Positions 26,492 through 52,824 of a stretch of DNA of 64,000 nucleotides are shown one piece after another. Source of the stretch: Chrysomallon squamiferum (lineage: Eukaryota; Animalia; Mollusca); the NCBI GenBank assembly GCA_012295275.1, contig CM022670.1, forward strand, positions 20,460,001-20,524,000, written 5' to 3'. Each line of letters begins with the position of its first letter. The stretch's first letter is position 1. Both the position numbers and the translations under genes were made by a program. The notes beneath the pieces are model-generated. The model saw only the letters and a list, made by a program, of their open reading frames with translations, searched no databases and was not told the origin of the DNA.

Positions 26492-28327
26492 TTCTGGTAA
26501 ATCAATACCTTTAATACTTAATTAAGAAACAATTTACTCAGAAACCCTGTGTGTATGTGGGTTGTACATGTTTTTTGTAAAAAATATGTGACGTTGAAAA
26601 TTGTTTTTCATCATTATCTCATCAAGCGAATATTATAAATGTGTATTTACAAAACATTATTCCTGCTGACAAAAATCAGTAATATGGTATGAAAACTTGT
26701 TAAGAGGAACGTTATCTGACCATTTGTCAGTCTTTTTGCTCTTAACATTATTTTACTCACCCTTTCCTTAACAGTTACCAGTATCCGTTTCCACTCTTGG
26801 TTACATCTCCTTATCGAAATATTATTTTAACTTGATTATGTTCTGTTTTCTGGATAATTTTATTGCTTTCGATATGCAGACTTTTAATAAAAAGACTATT
26901 ACTTAAGGTGCAACATGTGATTTTTTTGCTTCAGAATTTATATCAAATTCGTATTATAATGGATAGAGTGTAACGAAACAGCTAACACCTATATAACAGT
27001 AATCGAGTGATGCGGCTGGTTTTCTATTTTTTTTTTACATTCCCGCATGCGCAGTTGCTTTCTTGTGTATCTACTTAGTATAATGTTGACAGCTGTTTAC
27101 AATGCGAGAGGTTTTAACATTTGCCTTCTTGATTATCTATTTAGCATAATATAGTCAGTTGTGTACATTGTCCCACAAACGAGTATTCGCTTGAATAAAA
27201 TTTATTCAAACCGAGATATAATCGGCAAAAATACAAATACACATTTCGGTTATTTTAATCAGATTCTTTAGCTCAACTACTAGTATCTTGAGATTAATAA
27301 ATCTTACAACACAAATGTGTCTAATCTCCAAGATACGTGAGAAAAATCCAGACCTTTTCAGGATCACAATATTCAAACCTAAAAAACCTAAAAAATGTTA
27401 AATATTTTGAGTTTTTTAAATATTAAAATAAAACTATAGTGTACTAGTATTGGGATTCTCATCCACCTTACAAAGATGGGGGGGTTATTGTGAGGCAAAT
27501 TTCTCTGTTTGTCAGATTTTGCCTTGATCTTTTATAGGATCTATTGTTTGCTTGCTAACTGGCACGATCTACAGAGTTGCCCAGGAAAAATTTTGCTGTG
27601 TCCCATCATTCGGACAATCTTGTTTTATATAATCTTGTTTTGAAACCTGAAACTCATTCTCTGAACCAGAGAACCATGGTCAGCAACAGGAAAATAGCCC
27701 TTGATAAACAGAAGTCAGGCTTATCATGAAAATTATCGCGCATGTATGTAGGAATAAGAGCCTACCTTTCAAGCCTAGAAGTTCAAGAAGATATAGAAAA
27801 AAAAATAATGATACAGGAACAGGCCTAATGCATGAATAAATTCACTTGCAAATCATTCCCTTATAAAGATGAAATAGATGCCTACATAACGGACCAGTCC
27901 AATTTCTTCATGACGTTGATTTTCCGTTAAGCCTGGACGGCGACTCATTATAAGAGGATAAATTCTTACTTTTTTTTTGGATAATGTTGGTTCAGTGCAC
28001 CAAAATGTGATTTCAGTACATCAGTATTGCACGCGCTTCTGCCACAGCATGAGTATACATGCTCTTTTAATAGCATAGATAAATGGTCTTATACAAATTT
28101 TATATTTTCAATTTTTTAACTTGATTATTTTTGGGACATAATGATCAGCATTCTTGATTAATGAAATAATATTGTTACAAATCATCTGAACATTGCCATT
28201 TTAACTCTTCACAAGTAGTTGTCACGTCATAGCACAACCTGTATTATTTTAGGAGTGACAATCGATAATCAATTTTGATGTAAATAACATGGTGAGATAA
28301 CTATTTTGGGGGATGATCAAACATGGA

Positions 28328-28366
<39 letters not shown>

Positions 28367-28708
28367 TCACTGTGTTGTTCTTTGTCTTTAGATTTAATAA
28401 TAAACTTATTAAGAAAAAAATAAAAAATGTCAGTTTGATTTTGATTTTCATAACTGAAAAGCGTATCGGCTAAGATGCTTTCCCCTACTCAAAAATTTGC
28501 AAGTTTTGTGATAGGAATGTAAATGGATTGGAAGGTGAAGTTCACCTAGATAAATAAGATTTAAGAAAATATTTTGAGAAAGTATTTCTGAATACCTGTT
28601 TCTTGCTCTTGTTCTTACTTCTATTGCTGTTGTTGATATTGCTATTGTTTTTGTTACTGTTGTTAATTATTTTATCTATTTTGTGATGACCAGCAGGAAT
28701 GTTTGCAA

Positions 28709-28810
<102 letters not shown>

Positions 28811-30839
28811 AAAGTAAGAGATTTGGTTATTCTGTCGATACATTTTTTCTGTCCTATTGTTACACTATGAAGGCCGAATAAAAAATTTAGAAATTTTAAT
28901 TTTCATAAATATATAACAAATACAAAAAGAAAACAAGAAAGAAAAAAGAAAAACAAAAAGAGAAAACTAGCATTAAATTTAAATTTGGTTGCAATGTACT
29001 GACTGAAAATTAAAAATATATTAATATTAATAATACTTATATCTTGCTTCTACTAATTATGAAGACGATAATGAAAATGATGGTGTAAATAATAATCCTT
29101 ACACTGCTAGTGCTAATACTACTTTTATTACTACTATTACTAATTATTTTACTACTAAAATACTATTAATGATAAAGAGAATGGTGATAATGATTATACT
29201 AAACATAATAAAATTAATAAAAACAACAATAAAATTATAACTGTATGGTTTTGAAATATTCTATATTAAGATTACCTGCGAAAAGTAGAAATGATCTTAA
29301 CAGCAGAAAGACCACTGAAAATGAGAAACAATTGTTTGAATTATGATATTACCTGATAACAATTAAATAGAATTAACTTTGTCTGTCAAACTGGGAGCAG
29401 CTCTGAAACTTAGTGAAGGATTAATGTTTTTATGAAATGTTTACCGCGTATCATGACCTTTCCCGATTTGAATTGTTGAATTGCTGTATATTAATTTTCA
29501 GTTGTAACAGCTGTATCTTCACACATGAGTCAGCTTGATGACGACATCCTAACTTTCGATTACTCAAACTCCAACGAAAGAGGTATAATGTTCGAGAAAA
29601 CCGGTAAAACTTTGACACTGCTGAGTAAGAAATAAGGTATTCGGAAAAAACCTATGTAACAATATAATTTCAGTCTAATATACATCACGATATTATTTAG
29701 TGTATACAGTATTATTTTATAATAAGAAAAATCATGTAAATAGTTTGATGTTAAAAAGTGGATAATAACAGGAACATGTTCTATGTTGTTGATCGTTCAT
29801 TTTCTGTCGTTTCATTTGTCACCCATTCCATGCTCTCAGTCTCACGTATTACTATTATCCATTCATGACGTTGCCAGTTTTACGTTGTAATTAGTGGTTG
29901 TAGCACTGGGGACGTGGGGCTGTGAATTGTTTTTCATCATGTTATCAGCAATATATTTAAAGTTTTCTTCTTGTGCTTTTCATTGTTATTAACATTATTC
30001 TGTATGAATATTCAACTCTGATAAATTAATCAAGATATCTATTTTAGTAGGTTATTTAAAAATAGCATTGATCTTTCTTAATTATTTGTATTTGATGGAT
30101 TTAATAGTCGTCTATTTTTTTTAGTAGATAATTTAAATATGATGTTTCTGTTTGTTCATTGTATTCCTATAAACTTCTATCTTCAAATACATAATTACAT
30201 GTTTGAACAAAAATATCATATTAAATATTTGAATAACACATGAAAAATAAATCATATGATACAGTCATTGAGTTTGTACTCTATTATTTTGAATTTTTTT
30301 ATAGGTTATCGTTAATAAGTTTCAGTAATATCTAAAAGTATATCAGTATTATATACCTGAAAGATCTATCCAGGTTATTAATAATGAATATCTGCAACAT
30401 CTCTATTTCTTTTCTATGTTTAGTTCCTCTATAATATATATATTAATTACTGTAATTATTTTCTAAATATTTGTGAGTTATTGAACTTAGGGCTGCATCC
30501 ACAGCTTATTTTCCTGAGGCAATCAAATATTGAAAAGAAAACAAAAATCAAAAAGACACACACACACACACAGACACAAACACACACAGTATCTGTCAAA
30601 TCTCGAAGTCAAAATCTGAACTAGTAGCTAACTATTTTCATCAACATCATCATTATCATCATCATCGTCATCATCATCATCATTATATTATTATTATTAT
30701 TATTATTATTAAAAAGTACGTAGAAAATGGCTGCTTTAATATTTCACTGAAAACTTTGAAAAATAACTGACAATATATTTATAAAAAGGATAATTGCGGA
30801 TGGACGTTTGTGTTAGTATCCATAGTGTAGTGTAATCTT

Positions 30840-31039
30840 NNNNNNNNNNNNNNNNNNNNNNNNNNNNNNNNNNNNNNNNNNNNNNNNNNNNNNNNNNNNN
30901 NNNNNNNNNNNNNNNNNNNNNNNNNNNNNNNNNNNNNNNNNNNNNNNNNNNNNNNNNNNNNNNNNNNNNNNNNNNNNNNNNNNNNNNNNNNNNNNNNNNN
31001 NNNNNNNNNNNNNNNNNNNNNNNNNNNNNNNNNNNNNNN
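30840..31039. other. Assembly gap (200 N)
   Basis: Run of exactly 200 N, typical of a scaffolding join of unknown size. Confidence 0.98.
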
Positions 31040-31231
31040 TCTAGATGTAAACTTCCCGGTTTAACAATAAATCTTCTCCCGTTTTCAGTGTAACTTCACT
31101 TTGACATATAAATAACAACAGTGGAGCTATTTTACTCAAGTTGATTTTCTCAGTTTGCTTATATACATAAATGAATATTAACTCTACATAAATAGTGTAT
31201 ATCGCTAAATATTTTCCTTATCGCTGTCATA

Positions 31232-42475
<11,244 letters not shown>

Positions 42476-44359
42476 GGATCACCATGATACAAGGATATAA
42501 AGACAAACAAACGAAACAAACAAACAAACAAACAAACAGACAAACAAATAAATAAATAAATAAATAAATAAGTAAGTAAGTAAGTGAATAAATAAATAAT
42601 AATAGCTTCTTATTTTATAAAGTAAATAAATAAAACAATAATGAAATAAATAAATAATAATAAAAACCTCATATGTTTATCAGATAGATGAAAGGACTTA
42701 GAAAATATATACCTAATATTTATTGACAAATTGCAGCAACAGGTAGCATTTAACAACAGCAGTAATGATTTTGTAAGAAAGTTATATTACTTAATTTCAT
42801 ATTATTTTATATATTTAAGTGCTTTACATTAATGCTTGAAACTTTATTTACAATCAAGTTCAATGTATTCAGAGTATATTCTAGATTCACTGTTACATAC
42901 ATGTATTTTGCTGTTTGAACCTTTTATTTATACTAATATTTTCATTATGTTCAATACACTTTATGTCTTTAATACACATAAAATGTGTAATGCTTGAATA
43001 GGTTAATTCAGGTTAAATTTCAAAATTCTGGTTAGGATATAATGGTATTCATATCTAACCGTTGTCTGATTTTTTTTTTTAAATGCTTGTAATGTCAGTG
43101 ATAATTTTACACTAATAACTAAATACATCATTGTTTTAATTATATTACTTGTTTTGCAACAATGAAACTTGTATCGCATTACATTTTGAAGAAAATGAAT
43201 TAGATACATTAGAATATATAAAATGAGTATAACTTTAAATTTATATGATACATATTTTAGTCTTTGCCCAACGAAGGAAAAGTATAATATTTTTGAATGT
43301 AATATAATTCAATATATTATAATACAATACAAATAAAATACAATACGGTACAAATAATTAAATAAAGTAAATCATATCAAAAATAAAATAAAATAAAATA
43401 AAATAAAAGTATTTTAAATAAAATAAAATAAAATAAAATAAAATAAAATAAAATAAAATAAAATAAATAAATATAAAGTAAAACAATTAAATTAAAAGCT
43501 ATTTCAGTAAAAACAATATCGCTAATTTTGTATTTATATAAATATATGTTATATATTTTTATGCTTTATGAATATATTTCTTTGTATTCTAACTGTTCTG
43601 TCTGGAAATAGCATTCAAGCTAGACAACAACGTAAATTTTATTTGTGAAAACATAATAAAATATTTAATCTAATGTTTGTTATTATGTTTGTGTTTTCGA
43701 GTTATATTATGACTGGTATGTGCTGTGGATATTTAATTATAAAATTTTACGCTGTAGTGTACTGTTTATTATTATTATTGTAGTAGTTATTATTAATAAT
43801 AGCAGTAGTAGTAGTAGTAGTAGTAGTTGTTGTAATAGCAGTGGAATTAGTAGTGGTAGTTGTAGTAGTAGTAGTGGCTGTTATATCATTATCAGTAACG
43901 CAATCATCATCATCATCATATCATATTATTATTATTATTATTATTATTATGGAACTGTGCAAAATTACCTAATTTATTTTAATTTTTAAAACGATTTTTC
44001 TTTATAATTTAAATATTCTTATTTACATAAAGTAATGCAAATTACATTGATTGGTTGCTAAGTTACCTGCTTTGGAATATCGGAATGACACGGATTCACA
44101 AAAGCAGCGAATCACACTGACACAAAAGCTTTTGTATGAAAGAGGAACAAGCGTTTTATGTCAAGTGCAACACTTCAGCATAATTCTCATTGTTTTCATT
44201 TATTGTTTTATTATTTATAGAAAATAGATAAGAATTTAAAAAAAAATTAAATTACTGTACAATATATTTTATTCTTAGAATACAGCCATCTTAGTTCCGG
44301 TAATTTTTTTTTCTTTGATAATTATTACTGTTGAAATTATTTCGCGTATGATTCAAAAC

Positions 44360-44889
44360 TTCATGTAATGACCCTGCAAGAACGGCAACTCTTGGTGCAA
44401 TTCAAGTACTGGATAATGCGTAGCAGGCTGTAAATCAGGATGGAAATGGTTAAACTCTTTATATAAAAAAATAAATAATAAAAAACAAAAACTTTTGATT
44501 CTTATATTTATAACCGATTCCAGGAAACCATCAAAAGGCTGTCGTTTGATCATGTAGGGGGGAAAACGTAAGAAATTTTCCATTAATATTTTTCATTTAT
44601 TATTTTATATAAGGACACTTATAATGGTATCCTTCATTTGATACAGTATGAATAATGCAAACTCTGTAGCTTATATTTATATTTTTTACAAAAGTATTTT
44701 AGAATTTTAATAAATTTATTCTAATATTCGAACGTTCTTTTTGGGAATATGGAGAAAGCTGCCAGTGTACAGAGAGACGTGTGATCCAGAGAGAGGTGAA
44801 TGTATTGATAGATGCCTTGACAGGTTGAACGGAATAGCATGTACTGAAAGTATACTGCGAATGTACCCTGGAAAATAATAATAATAATG

Positions 44890-44946
<57 letters not shown>

Positions 44947-45215
44947 TTCATACACAGTTACACAGTTAGGTTGTGTGTCTCTCTGAGAATATTTATTACC
45001 CTTTTTGTAATTTCTGGTTTAATCATTGATAGATAAGAACTGATTCCTGTACCATTTGTTTAGATTGCTGCATGTTAATGGAAAATTTGATTATCAACTT
45101 TAAACTTTATTTTCTTAATTTTTTGTTTACTGATATTTGATATTCAAAACTCTTAAAATAAAATAAAATATTAAAAAATCATAATTACATACTGATTTGA
45201 AATGACTTTTTGAAA
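44360..45215 (+). pseudogene. Receptor B pseudogene fragment 1 (exon 5, exon 6 and TM exon remnants)
   Basis: CKNGNSWCNSSTG*CVAGCKSGWK with TAA at 44414; 44730-44850 matches 53379-53522 with a lost acceptor; 44965-45035 matches the TM exon with a mutated donor. Confidence 0.85.
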
Positions 45216-45249
45216 ATCAATAGTCGACTCACCCAACATATAAAATACA

Positions 45250-45281
<32 letters not shown>

Positions 45282-46048
45282 CATATACATATATATATGA
45301 TTGTTTTCATATTAACATGCCTATCAATATTTCAAACTTCTGCGTTATTTTCTTTAAAAACTGGATACAACATTAATTATTAACATTTACATTTCTGAGC
45401 GATTTAATTAGGTTGTCTCGAGACAATTATTAATGTGTGATTGGAAACACATAAAAGTGAAAATTACCACATAAACTTGCGAGTGGTGATAACGGTAAAC
45501 CGTGTTTTTATCTTACCTAGTGGAACCTTTAATCATACCCTAATAGGGCCTCGTTCAAGCTGTGGAACGTTCTCTCAGCGATATTTAGATGTACTGTCCT
45601 AACTTATTCACTAAGCCACGGATCGCAATTTAGGTTATATCTACTTGTAGAATTCGCTGGTAGCTATTTTTTTTACTTATTATAATATTTTATATTGTTG
45701 TACTTTTAAGGTATCGTTTTTGAAAATGTCGGTAAGATATTTAATATTTATCTAAATGGCTTACTTTAATATATTTTATCATCTCGTAAATAACCTATAT
45801 ATATCCTTAAAGTAAGTATGTTAACCATTCATTTCTACAAATATTCCTAACAAAGTTTATTAATCAAATATCTACTGTTAGTTAACAGTAATCCAGTTAC
45901 TGAAATCGGCTTAGTCCCATCTGGTAGAATTCCAATTTCGTAGAAAGGCTAAATGTGGTTCAGTGGTCTTATTGACATGTTTGGTTTTACCTGTCATTAT
46001 AATGAACTGCTCCAGATTATTTGGAAAGCGATTATTATTGCAAAAATA

Positions 46049-46717
46049 CAGTAATATCTCGCTTAACGATACCACGCTTTAACAACCTTTCTTCTTTACA
46101 AATTATATAAATAGAAATTTAATTTAATAGTTAATTGCTCGAAATAAATGATACAAATGTATACAATGCATGTTTTTAAGTCCGTTTTCTTTAATTTTTC
46201 GTTGATTCACGAGCTTCTGTCAGCTTTGTTGATCAGTTGACACGTCATACGTGCATCTGATATTCTGATTCTCTTTTGTCTTCTGCTTCGGTTTAGACTT
46301 AAACTCGTTTGTAATTTACTCTTCCAATATCTCAAAACGAATAACAAATAAACCGGCAAATGCTCATGATAAAAAGAAACGGAAGACAATAACTTTAAAA
46401 ACAAAATACATTATCTTAAATGAAACCAAACCCACAATGAGCGGCATATAATTATTTCTTAATGTATTTGTATAAATTGATTTGTAAATGATTTACTGTT
46501 TACTTAATATCTACAATCTATTAAATCATTTATGTCTAAACTGCCGTTTTATTTCTCCTTATTTCACCTCTTTTTTTTTTATGTCAGAACTCATCAGCGA
46601 GAAAGTAACTACTGCTTTTAACCTTAATTCTGTGTAAATTAGTCTCCCGCTTAACGATACCTCACTTCACTATTGGAAATTTGGAACCAATTACATCTTT
46701 AATCTGAGGTATTATTG
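46049..46717 (+). mobile_element. Second copy of the Tigger/pogo-type element inside a duplicated piece of receptor A intron 7
   Basis: Same TIRs and the same flanks on both sides as 35580-36232. Confidence 0.85.
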
Positions 46718-47304
46718 TAGTATGGATATCGCTTATCGCATAAAGTATGCAAATATGACAAATATCGAAATAATCTATGTATCGAATATAGTGAATGTAA
46801 ATAATTAAAAAAGAGGGTATTCATCTAAAAGTATTCCCAATGATTTGGTCCTTCGTATAAACTTTTTCAGTCATAGCCAAAGTATTTGCAGGTCATAATA
46901 TCTTTAGTGTACATACTATTAATATACTATGTCACATATATTGTATAATATGTGCGCAATCTGAATATATATATGTGCATAACGTAAATATGATCAGTAA
47001 CAGATATCTTGTACATGTTTAAGCTGAATACGGTTGAATTCGAAAATGTAACTTTCAGATATTCTATTTACTGAATATAAGTAAATTACTCATACGTAAA
47101 ATATGTTTTGTTAAAAATTATATTGCTGAATTATTTATTTATAATATTTTTGTCGTATTCTCTTACAGAAGCAAGCCATTTTTCTTTTCTTTCATTCTTT
47201 TTTCGTTTTGTTTTTTAATAGATAGATGAAATTGATGTAAAATTGTTTATTATTGGTTGCTTGTTTTGTAACGGAAAGGAAATGTTTATGAATTAGAAAT
47301 GACC

Positions 47305-47340
<36 letters not shown>

Positions 47341-48400
47341 TAATAATAATAATAATAATAACAGTAACAGTAATTATAATAAGAAGAATAACAAGAATAA
47401 CAATAATAATAACAACAATAATAATAGTAATAATATTATAATAATAATAATAATGTTGATGATGATAATGAGAAGGAGGAAGATGATGAAATAATGAAAA
47501 AGTAACAAATCAACAACAAATGAGTTGTGAATGCTTATTCTGCTTTCGGTTGATGTTACATAATCGATTTAGGAACAATGCGTTCCGCCTCTGAATGTTA
47601 AAAAGAAACCAGATGTATGCACAGGCCAAGTTCATTATATACAGAGATAATCAGGTATTGCGGTAGACCAGCTTTTTCTACGAACTGGGAATTCTACAAA
47701 ATGGGAAGATACCCTGAAATCACCTAACAGCTAATGAACACTAGCGAGAGACAAAAGGAATTTTTGTCAGCTCCGCTTTGATGAAATTCAGGGAAGTCCG
47801 CGACGTGTTTATTTACGTAAAAGTCAAAAGAGCCCAGGAATGAGAGAAACCACAAAGAACAAAGAGAAGACACGGGTGGGACGAGGAGTTGGCGGCCATT
47901 ATTAGTCAATTATGTTGGTAACTGTATTTTGCGTTATCTTTGTTTGAAGCAGGGACAAATGGTTATCCTGTTTCTGTATGCTCTGTTTGATTTGTTGATC
48001 AATTTGATGTAACACTTTTTATGCTCTATAGAGAATTTGAGATATATACTTATTTCTAACTAAACGTGCTAGGGAAAATTAAAAGAATTAAGAATTATAG
48101 TATTTCATTTAACGCCAATTCAACCACTAAATAATAAGTATGCATGTGTAAAATAAATATTGTGTTTTGTTTTGGTGTTCATAGTGCATACTTGATATTA
48201 AATATAGTTTATATCTACAGTATATGCAAATATATATATCTATTATAATCAGTCGTCACAGTTTCTTAATTGCACAGTCAGCGGGTCCACCAAAGGTGAA
48301 AACCCTAGTCAAAAAACGAGCCATATTTTAATACTAATACTAGTAATAGGGCCGTTAGCACTTGAAAGCTAACACCTCTTATGCGCTGGGCCCCGTGACA

Positions 48401-48735
48401 GTGGTATGCATGGTTATTTGAACGATTTCGATGTTATAACTGACAGCTGAGAGTTCTGAGTCTTAAATCCAGGATCTGTCGGCTGACAGTCAAAACATCG
48501 TACGCTGAAATGACCTACATCAGTAATTGCTGAATACCACTCCCCTACAAAGAATGAACAGCTATTGGCCAATCGCAGCTCCCTCTGTACTTCAGAGGAG
48601 TGGTTTAGCTCTGTACTTCAGAGGAGTGGTATTTCTACACATTTACTGCATAATTTTGTCAACGGAAAACTAAATTAAGTTTGAAAGAAATAGATACATC
48701 TAGTTAGATAAATTACAAAGCTGTATATAATTATT
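48401..48735. repeat. ~330-bp non-coding element present three times (also ~58187-58480 and ~63465-63750)
   Basis: Shared gaataccac..ccct..ccaatc..ctccctctg.ac.tcagagg.gtggttt..cacatt blocks, all in the same orientation. Confidence 0.85.
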
Positions 48736-48748
48736 GTGTGTATGTACG

Positions 48749-48789
<41 letters not shown>

Positions 48790-50151
48790 GTATATGACTT
48801 TTAAGATAACATAAAGCGCTTTAGTGGAAAAAAAGTAAGAAAAATTAGACGAATACTGGGTCATTAGCTATCTGATGTTGTAATAACCCAGAAAGATTAA
48901 ACAAATCTATGACGCACGGTGACACAAAAACTGACTTCAAACAGGAACGAGTGTTTATGTAGTCAAGTACAACACTTCAACACAATTCTAATTGTTTTCA
49001 TTTACTGATCTGTATCTTAACTATTTATCACTTAACAAAGTAGAAAAGTGCTTGCTATTATTACTGTTGTTCTTATCGTCGTCGTTGTTGTTATTGTTGT
49101 TATTGCTATTTTGAACTAAACTTGATCATAATATCGAAATAAAAACTTTAAAACAATTTAATTTTTGATTTCTTTAGTTTCGTTAAAAACACAGCTACTA
49201 AAAAGTTTCCTTTATGACACAGTTTTTCTTTTGTTAATTGCACCACCATTATTGGTATTATTTGTATGACCGAAGCAAATCTTTTAATAACAGCAACAAC
49301 AAACAAACAAATAAAACAGTGAATATACCATATGCCAAATAAAATAAAATGAATTAGATAAAATAGAAAGAAAAGAAAGAAAGAAAGGACGTAGTAGCAG
49401 TTGTAATAGTGGTGGTGGTGGTGGTAGTAGCAGTAGCAGTAGTAGAAGCATTAATAATAAACATAATAATAATAGCAGCGGTAGTACTAGCTGTAGTAGT
49501 AGAAACATCAGAAGCAGCTGTAGTAGTAGAAGCAGAATACAATACAGACAAAATATACAGGAACAGATGTTTCAAGACGACACTGCAGACTACATTAGCA
49601 ATAAGTGAAAGTAAACTGAACGTATCAACTTAAATAGTAAATGAAACTGATACAAATGTGAATAATTTATCACACCTATACTTTAGTTTTTATCCTGATA
49701 CCGATATTGATTTATTGAAACAATTTAACTGACACAAAGTTTTGGTTTATTTTATAATAATAAAAAAACACCAAAACACACACACACACAAAATCCACAA
49801 CAAACAAAATACATGAAGAAAAACAATATATCCCGTTCTAGACTAAGCTGAAAACAGACAACAAAAAAGGGGAAAAAAACAACCCATAAAACACAAGTTA
49901 TTGTAATATTTGTATTATTGTATTAGCAGATCACCATCATTATCATCATCAACTTTGATATTTATTATTTTAAAAAAATCATATTTCAATTTTTATACAA
50001 AGTACAAAAATAACAATTGAAAATTTATGGCTGGATACTCATTAGTTTTCTCTGTGTTCACAATGGCGACCTAGTTACACTGACGACATTACATCCTGTT
50101 TTAAGAAACTATTATTCTTCCTGCTTTGTGAAATTCGAATGTTTTGTGACA

Positions 50152-52784
50152 ATGGCGGTACGATGGTTTTATTATCTATTTCTTGCGTCGATCTTCGTGA
50201 AAACAGCAGAAATGTATGCCGCACATGGCAAGTATTTCTATTTATTTATTTACTTTTTATTTATTTATTTAAATTTTTGACATTCGAAATAATCGATTAA
50301 TAACTATCTCTTAGTCTTATCTACAATAAACTGTGTAACTTCTATAATGATAACAGAAAACATTTAACATATGAATATATTGTATGGTGGTATTTTGGAT
50401 TTTATGTATGTATGCACGCATGTATCTATGTACGTGCGTACCTATTAATCCATTTGTTCCGTTATCATTATTATTGTTGTTATTGTTTTAATATTCTTCT
50501 TTTAATTTTTTCTTCTTTTTTGTTATTTATGTTGGTGTCCTTGTTCATATTCTTGTTTGGTGTTTGACCGTGGTGCTTTTACTACGTCACTGTTTTATTT
50601 CCTAAGCCTGTGGTTCTGGTTTATATGGTCTTCAGTGTAACAAACGCTGTAGTGATCGTCATTGTGCTGATGTTTCTACACCGTGTCCAGCATGGGATGG
50701 ATTATGCTCAGGAAAATGTCAAGATGGCTGGAGAGGACGAGACTGCACAACGGGTAATTATTTCAAAGAGAAATTAAGCGAATACCGTTACTACATCAAT
50801 AAACAGACGGAAATAAAAAAGAACATTTTTACATTAAAGTGATTTAAATTTTAAATGAATGAATGTGATTTAATCGATCTCAAAAGCATAATTATGTTAT
50901 AATAATAATACTTTATTATTACTTTGTTAGAAGATATTTATAATCTGCTCTTCACTTTTGTACAGAATTTTAAGAAAACAACATTTATCTAGCTATTAAT
51001 TTGAAATATCTTATTACCAGCATGTTCTGAAGACGGAAGATACGGTGCTAAGTGTAGGTTTTACTGTAGCAGTCGTCACTGTGCTTCGTCTAGAGTTTCT
51101 TGTGATACAGTCACAGGAGACTGTGGAGCTGAAGGCTGCGAACCAGGCTGGAAAGGAATCGACTGTAAACAAAGTAATAACACAATTATTACTATGTTAG
51201 TGCCCACAAACAAAAATCAATTTTCTGTAATAATCAGTAATTAGTACATTATTTCTCGGTTGCAGAAATTAGTGCAAATGTTAATTAGAATCTTAAATGT
51301 TGTTATGTTCAGAAATATTTTGTGAAGATTTAATAAGAAAAAAGGTATTGCTGGGTGAAACATATTGCTGGGTGAAACAAAATGTAAAGATTTAACTGCG
51401 AGAGTATCACAGCTGTTTTCCATTTCAGCATATTTGGAAATATTTATTGGCAAAGCTTTTGATTTATCTTTTATCTGTACCTTTTTTCCTGCAAAACATT
51501 TTTTGTGGCTTATTTACTTTCTTTTCTATCTGTTTCTGGTTGTCTGTTTGTTTATCTATTGACGTATTTATTTATTGTTCGTTATACATTCATGATGAAA
51601 ACCACAGTTTGAACAATGAATTTATATGAAATTGTAATCTATTATTCACTGTGTTTCAGCATGTGAGAGGAGAGTAAAATATGGACCAAACTGTAGAAAG
51701 TCGTGTTTAGATCGTCACTGTGCTACAACTTCAAACTATTGTCCTTTCACAAGTGGAAAGTGTCATGATGGATGTCAGCCTGGATGGAAAGGAGTCGACT
51801 GTTTGCAAGGTTTACAAAATTTGAATTTCTCGCTATTATTATTGTTGCATTTGATTTCTGTCTTCTTTAATAATTCACATATTGTAAAATGTATTACTGT
51901 GATATATATATATATATGTATCGGGCATAAAGTAATCTTACTTGTTGTAGTCATTTGAGACTTGAAGCTATTATACTCTCATAAGAGTATATGACTTTTT
52001 AATTATACCCATTATACTTTTACTTTTATTAATTATTTATTTGTTGCTTTTGTTTGTTTGTTTCTTTTTTATTCGTTTATGACAATATTTATTATCACAC
52101 TGACATTACAAAATACGAAGAAATTGCACATAAAAGTAACACATTTGACAGATAAAACGGTTACATATGCAAATGTATTTTGATAAATCATATATAATTA
52201 TACTCTTAGGAATAATCAAATAAAATAGTTTATAGGCGTAACTCATAATATTTATCCTTTAAAACTCAAATAATTTAATGATTAATTATAATAAATCTTT
52301 ACGTCCGCTGGTATTATAAATAGAACTAAATACGGAGATCATACACGTATGGTTCATGTACAACTAACTGTATATTTATATATACAGAATAACATGTTGT
52401 TTTGTAATAAAATAGTGGAACTGTTCTGAAACTTATTTTTTTTCATTTGTAACCTGTATCGTCTGTAGCATTTTGGACGGATGTTTGCGAGAAACTTTAA
52501 CTGTGTTTATGTCCTTGAAAATGTCTAAACACTAAAACATATATCTATATCTACGTGGATAAACTATATCAGTTTGTAAAATCATTAGAAGAAAAATACA
52601 CGAAAAGAACTGAACATCACTAAATCGAAAAAAAGAAGAAAAAAAAACAATGATTCGTTTACAATTAACACTGTGTTTAATAAGATTCATTCAACCTAAA
52701 ATTTCGTACGGTTCAATAATTATATCTTCAAAATAATATGATATCGACTGTTTTCAAGGTTTCAAAGGTGATAATTATTTATAA

Positions 52785-52824
<40 letters not shown>

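Larger units (their letters stand above)
23625..26925. repeat. Segmental duplication copy 2 (paralog of ~13480-15765)
   Basis: Collinear similarity; carries the full-length GT32 and an extra MITE. Confidence 0.9.

Noticed and set aside
47696-48400. Possible solo LTR (ends ccgtgaca, internal AATAAA)
   Set aside because: No matching 5' terminus, TSD or second copy could be identified.
52321-52370. acgtatggttcatgt (TYGSC) as another fossil EGF exon
   Set aside because: Too short; the Cys spacing does not continue.
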